In this document: positions 63,571 to 64,000 of the stretch, in pieces
How positions within the stretch are numbered: the first letter of the stretch is position 1
Layout of the letters: each line of letters begins with the position of its first letter
From: Vicinamibacteria bacterium
Lineage (GTDB): Bacteria; Acidobacteriota; Vicinamibacteria; Marinacidobacterales; Marinacidobacteraceae
Reading direction: 5' to 3'
NCBI GenBank assembly: GCA_965232015.1
Contig: OZ246946.1
Coordinates: 3,430,612-3,494,611, forward strand
Length of the DNA stretch: 64,000 nucleotides
Position numbers and translations under genes: made by a program
Notes under the pieces: model-generated
The model's database searches: none
Told to the model about the DNA's origin: nothing
Seen by the model: the letters and a program-made list of their open reading frames with translations, nothing else

Positions 63571-64000
63571 TCACACGAGCTCGTCGGACCAGAGGCGCTC
63601 GAGGAACACGCGCCAGGGGAGGATCCAGACGCCCTCGTCGGTGCGCCGCGGCGCGTCGGCGGCACAGACGACGACCGCGTACCGCGGCTGGTGTTCCTCG
63701 CGAAAGGCCCGGATCCCGTTCAGATCCCGGGGCCGGGGATCGCTGCGCTCCTTCACTTCGACGACCGTCGAACCCTCGCGGCCCAGGACGAAGTCGCACT
63801 CCAGCCCGGTCTTCGTGCGCCAGAAGCGGATCGGGAACTCGCGCTCCCGGTAGCTGCGATACGCGACGAGCTCCATCAGGATCAAGTGCTCGAGCGCGCG
63901 GCCGAAGTCCTCGCCGGCAAGGACTTCGGGGCGGCGGCGGGTCAACTGGCCGGCGATTCCCACGTCGAACAGGTAGAACTTCGGCGTCCGGGTGAGGATG
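63571..64000 (-). CDS. AAA_14 ATPase with C-terminal DUF4143 (PD-(D/E)XK-like) domain; 3'-terminal part only, N-terminus beyond the window end
   Basis: ...TGLECDFVLGREGSTVVEVKERSD... is the DUF4143 E-V-K motif. The ORF is open to position 64000. Confidence 0.55.
   Translation of the reverse strand, partial: ILTRTPKFYLFDVGIAGQLTRRRPEVLAGEDFGRALEHLILMELVAYRSYREREFPIRFWRTKTGLECDFVLGREGSTVVEVKERSDPRPRDLNGIRAFREEHQPRYAVVVCAADAPRRTDEGVWILPWRVFLERLWSDELV

Overview
High-GC (~68-70%) bacterial chromosomal window. Tat signals, a Bacillus-type SdhCAB and an Acidobacteria/Gemmatimonadota-style VWA protein hint at that kind of lineage, but this is a tentative inference. The first ~14 kb is housekeeping: membrane dipeptidase (partial), VWA protein, sdhCAB, FGE-family enzyme, pcm, WYL regulator, hom, and two tandem Tat-exported FAD oxidoreductase paralogs. 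A lineage-specific REP-like repeat family is scattered through it (hairpin CCGGAC-TCCA-GTCCGG plus tandem 13-mers CCAGTTCTCCCGG and G-rich tracts); it sits at gene 3' ends and is translated into C-terminal tails of three proteins. From about 14.4 to 50.6 kb the window looks like a defense/mobile island. In order: a class V aminotransferase gene split by an IS5/IS1182-family insertion; a TM0106-type RecB-family nuclease gene flanked by a 17-bp duplication of the aminotransferase 5' end; mazEF; two paralogous ankyrin-repeat proteins with perfect 90-bp intragenic tandem duplications; a phd/vapC pair; and then a tight 5-gene plus-strand operon (25875-38192). That operon encodes giant multidomain proteins: a 1310-aa NERD + degenerate kinase + NACHT-like P-loop protein; a 602-aa unknown; a 1695-aa protein with a PD-(D/E)XK motif and a HerA/FtsK-like ATPase; an 80-aa protein; and a 396-aa AAA+ ATPase. 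I could not match this operon to any named defense system, and it is my best candidate for a new one. Downstream are an SDH-family serine peptidase and a DUF2513 protein in a lower-GC patch, then a minus-strand type I RM locus ordered hsdM-HepT-MNT-hsdS-(RloC/PrrC-like anticodon nuclease)-hsdR. That locus has a second HepT/MNT pair upstream of hsdM and an apparent in-frame MNT-HsdS read-through. The last 13 kb holds an amidohydrolase, ggt, a Fic protein, vapBC, an orphan RHH protein, an orphan CoxL-like molybdopterin subunit, a DUF4268 protein, an NfeD/SPFH pair, an AAA_21-ATPase + DUF4276 two-gene module, and a partial AAA_14/DUF4143 ATPase. No rRNA, tRNA or CRISPR was recognised by eye. All domain calls come from motif recognition in the translated ORFs, not from database searches.
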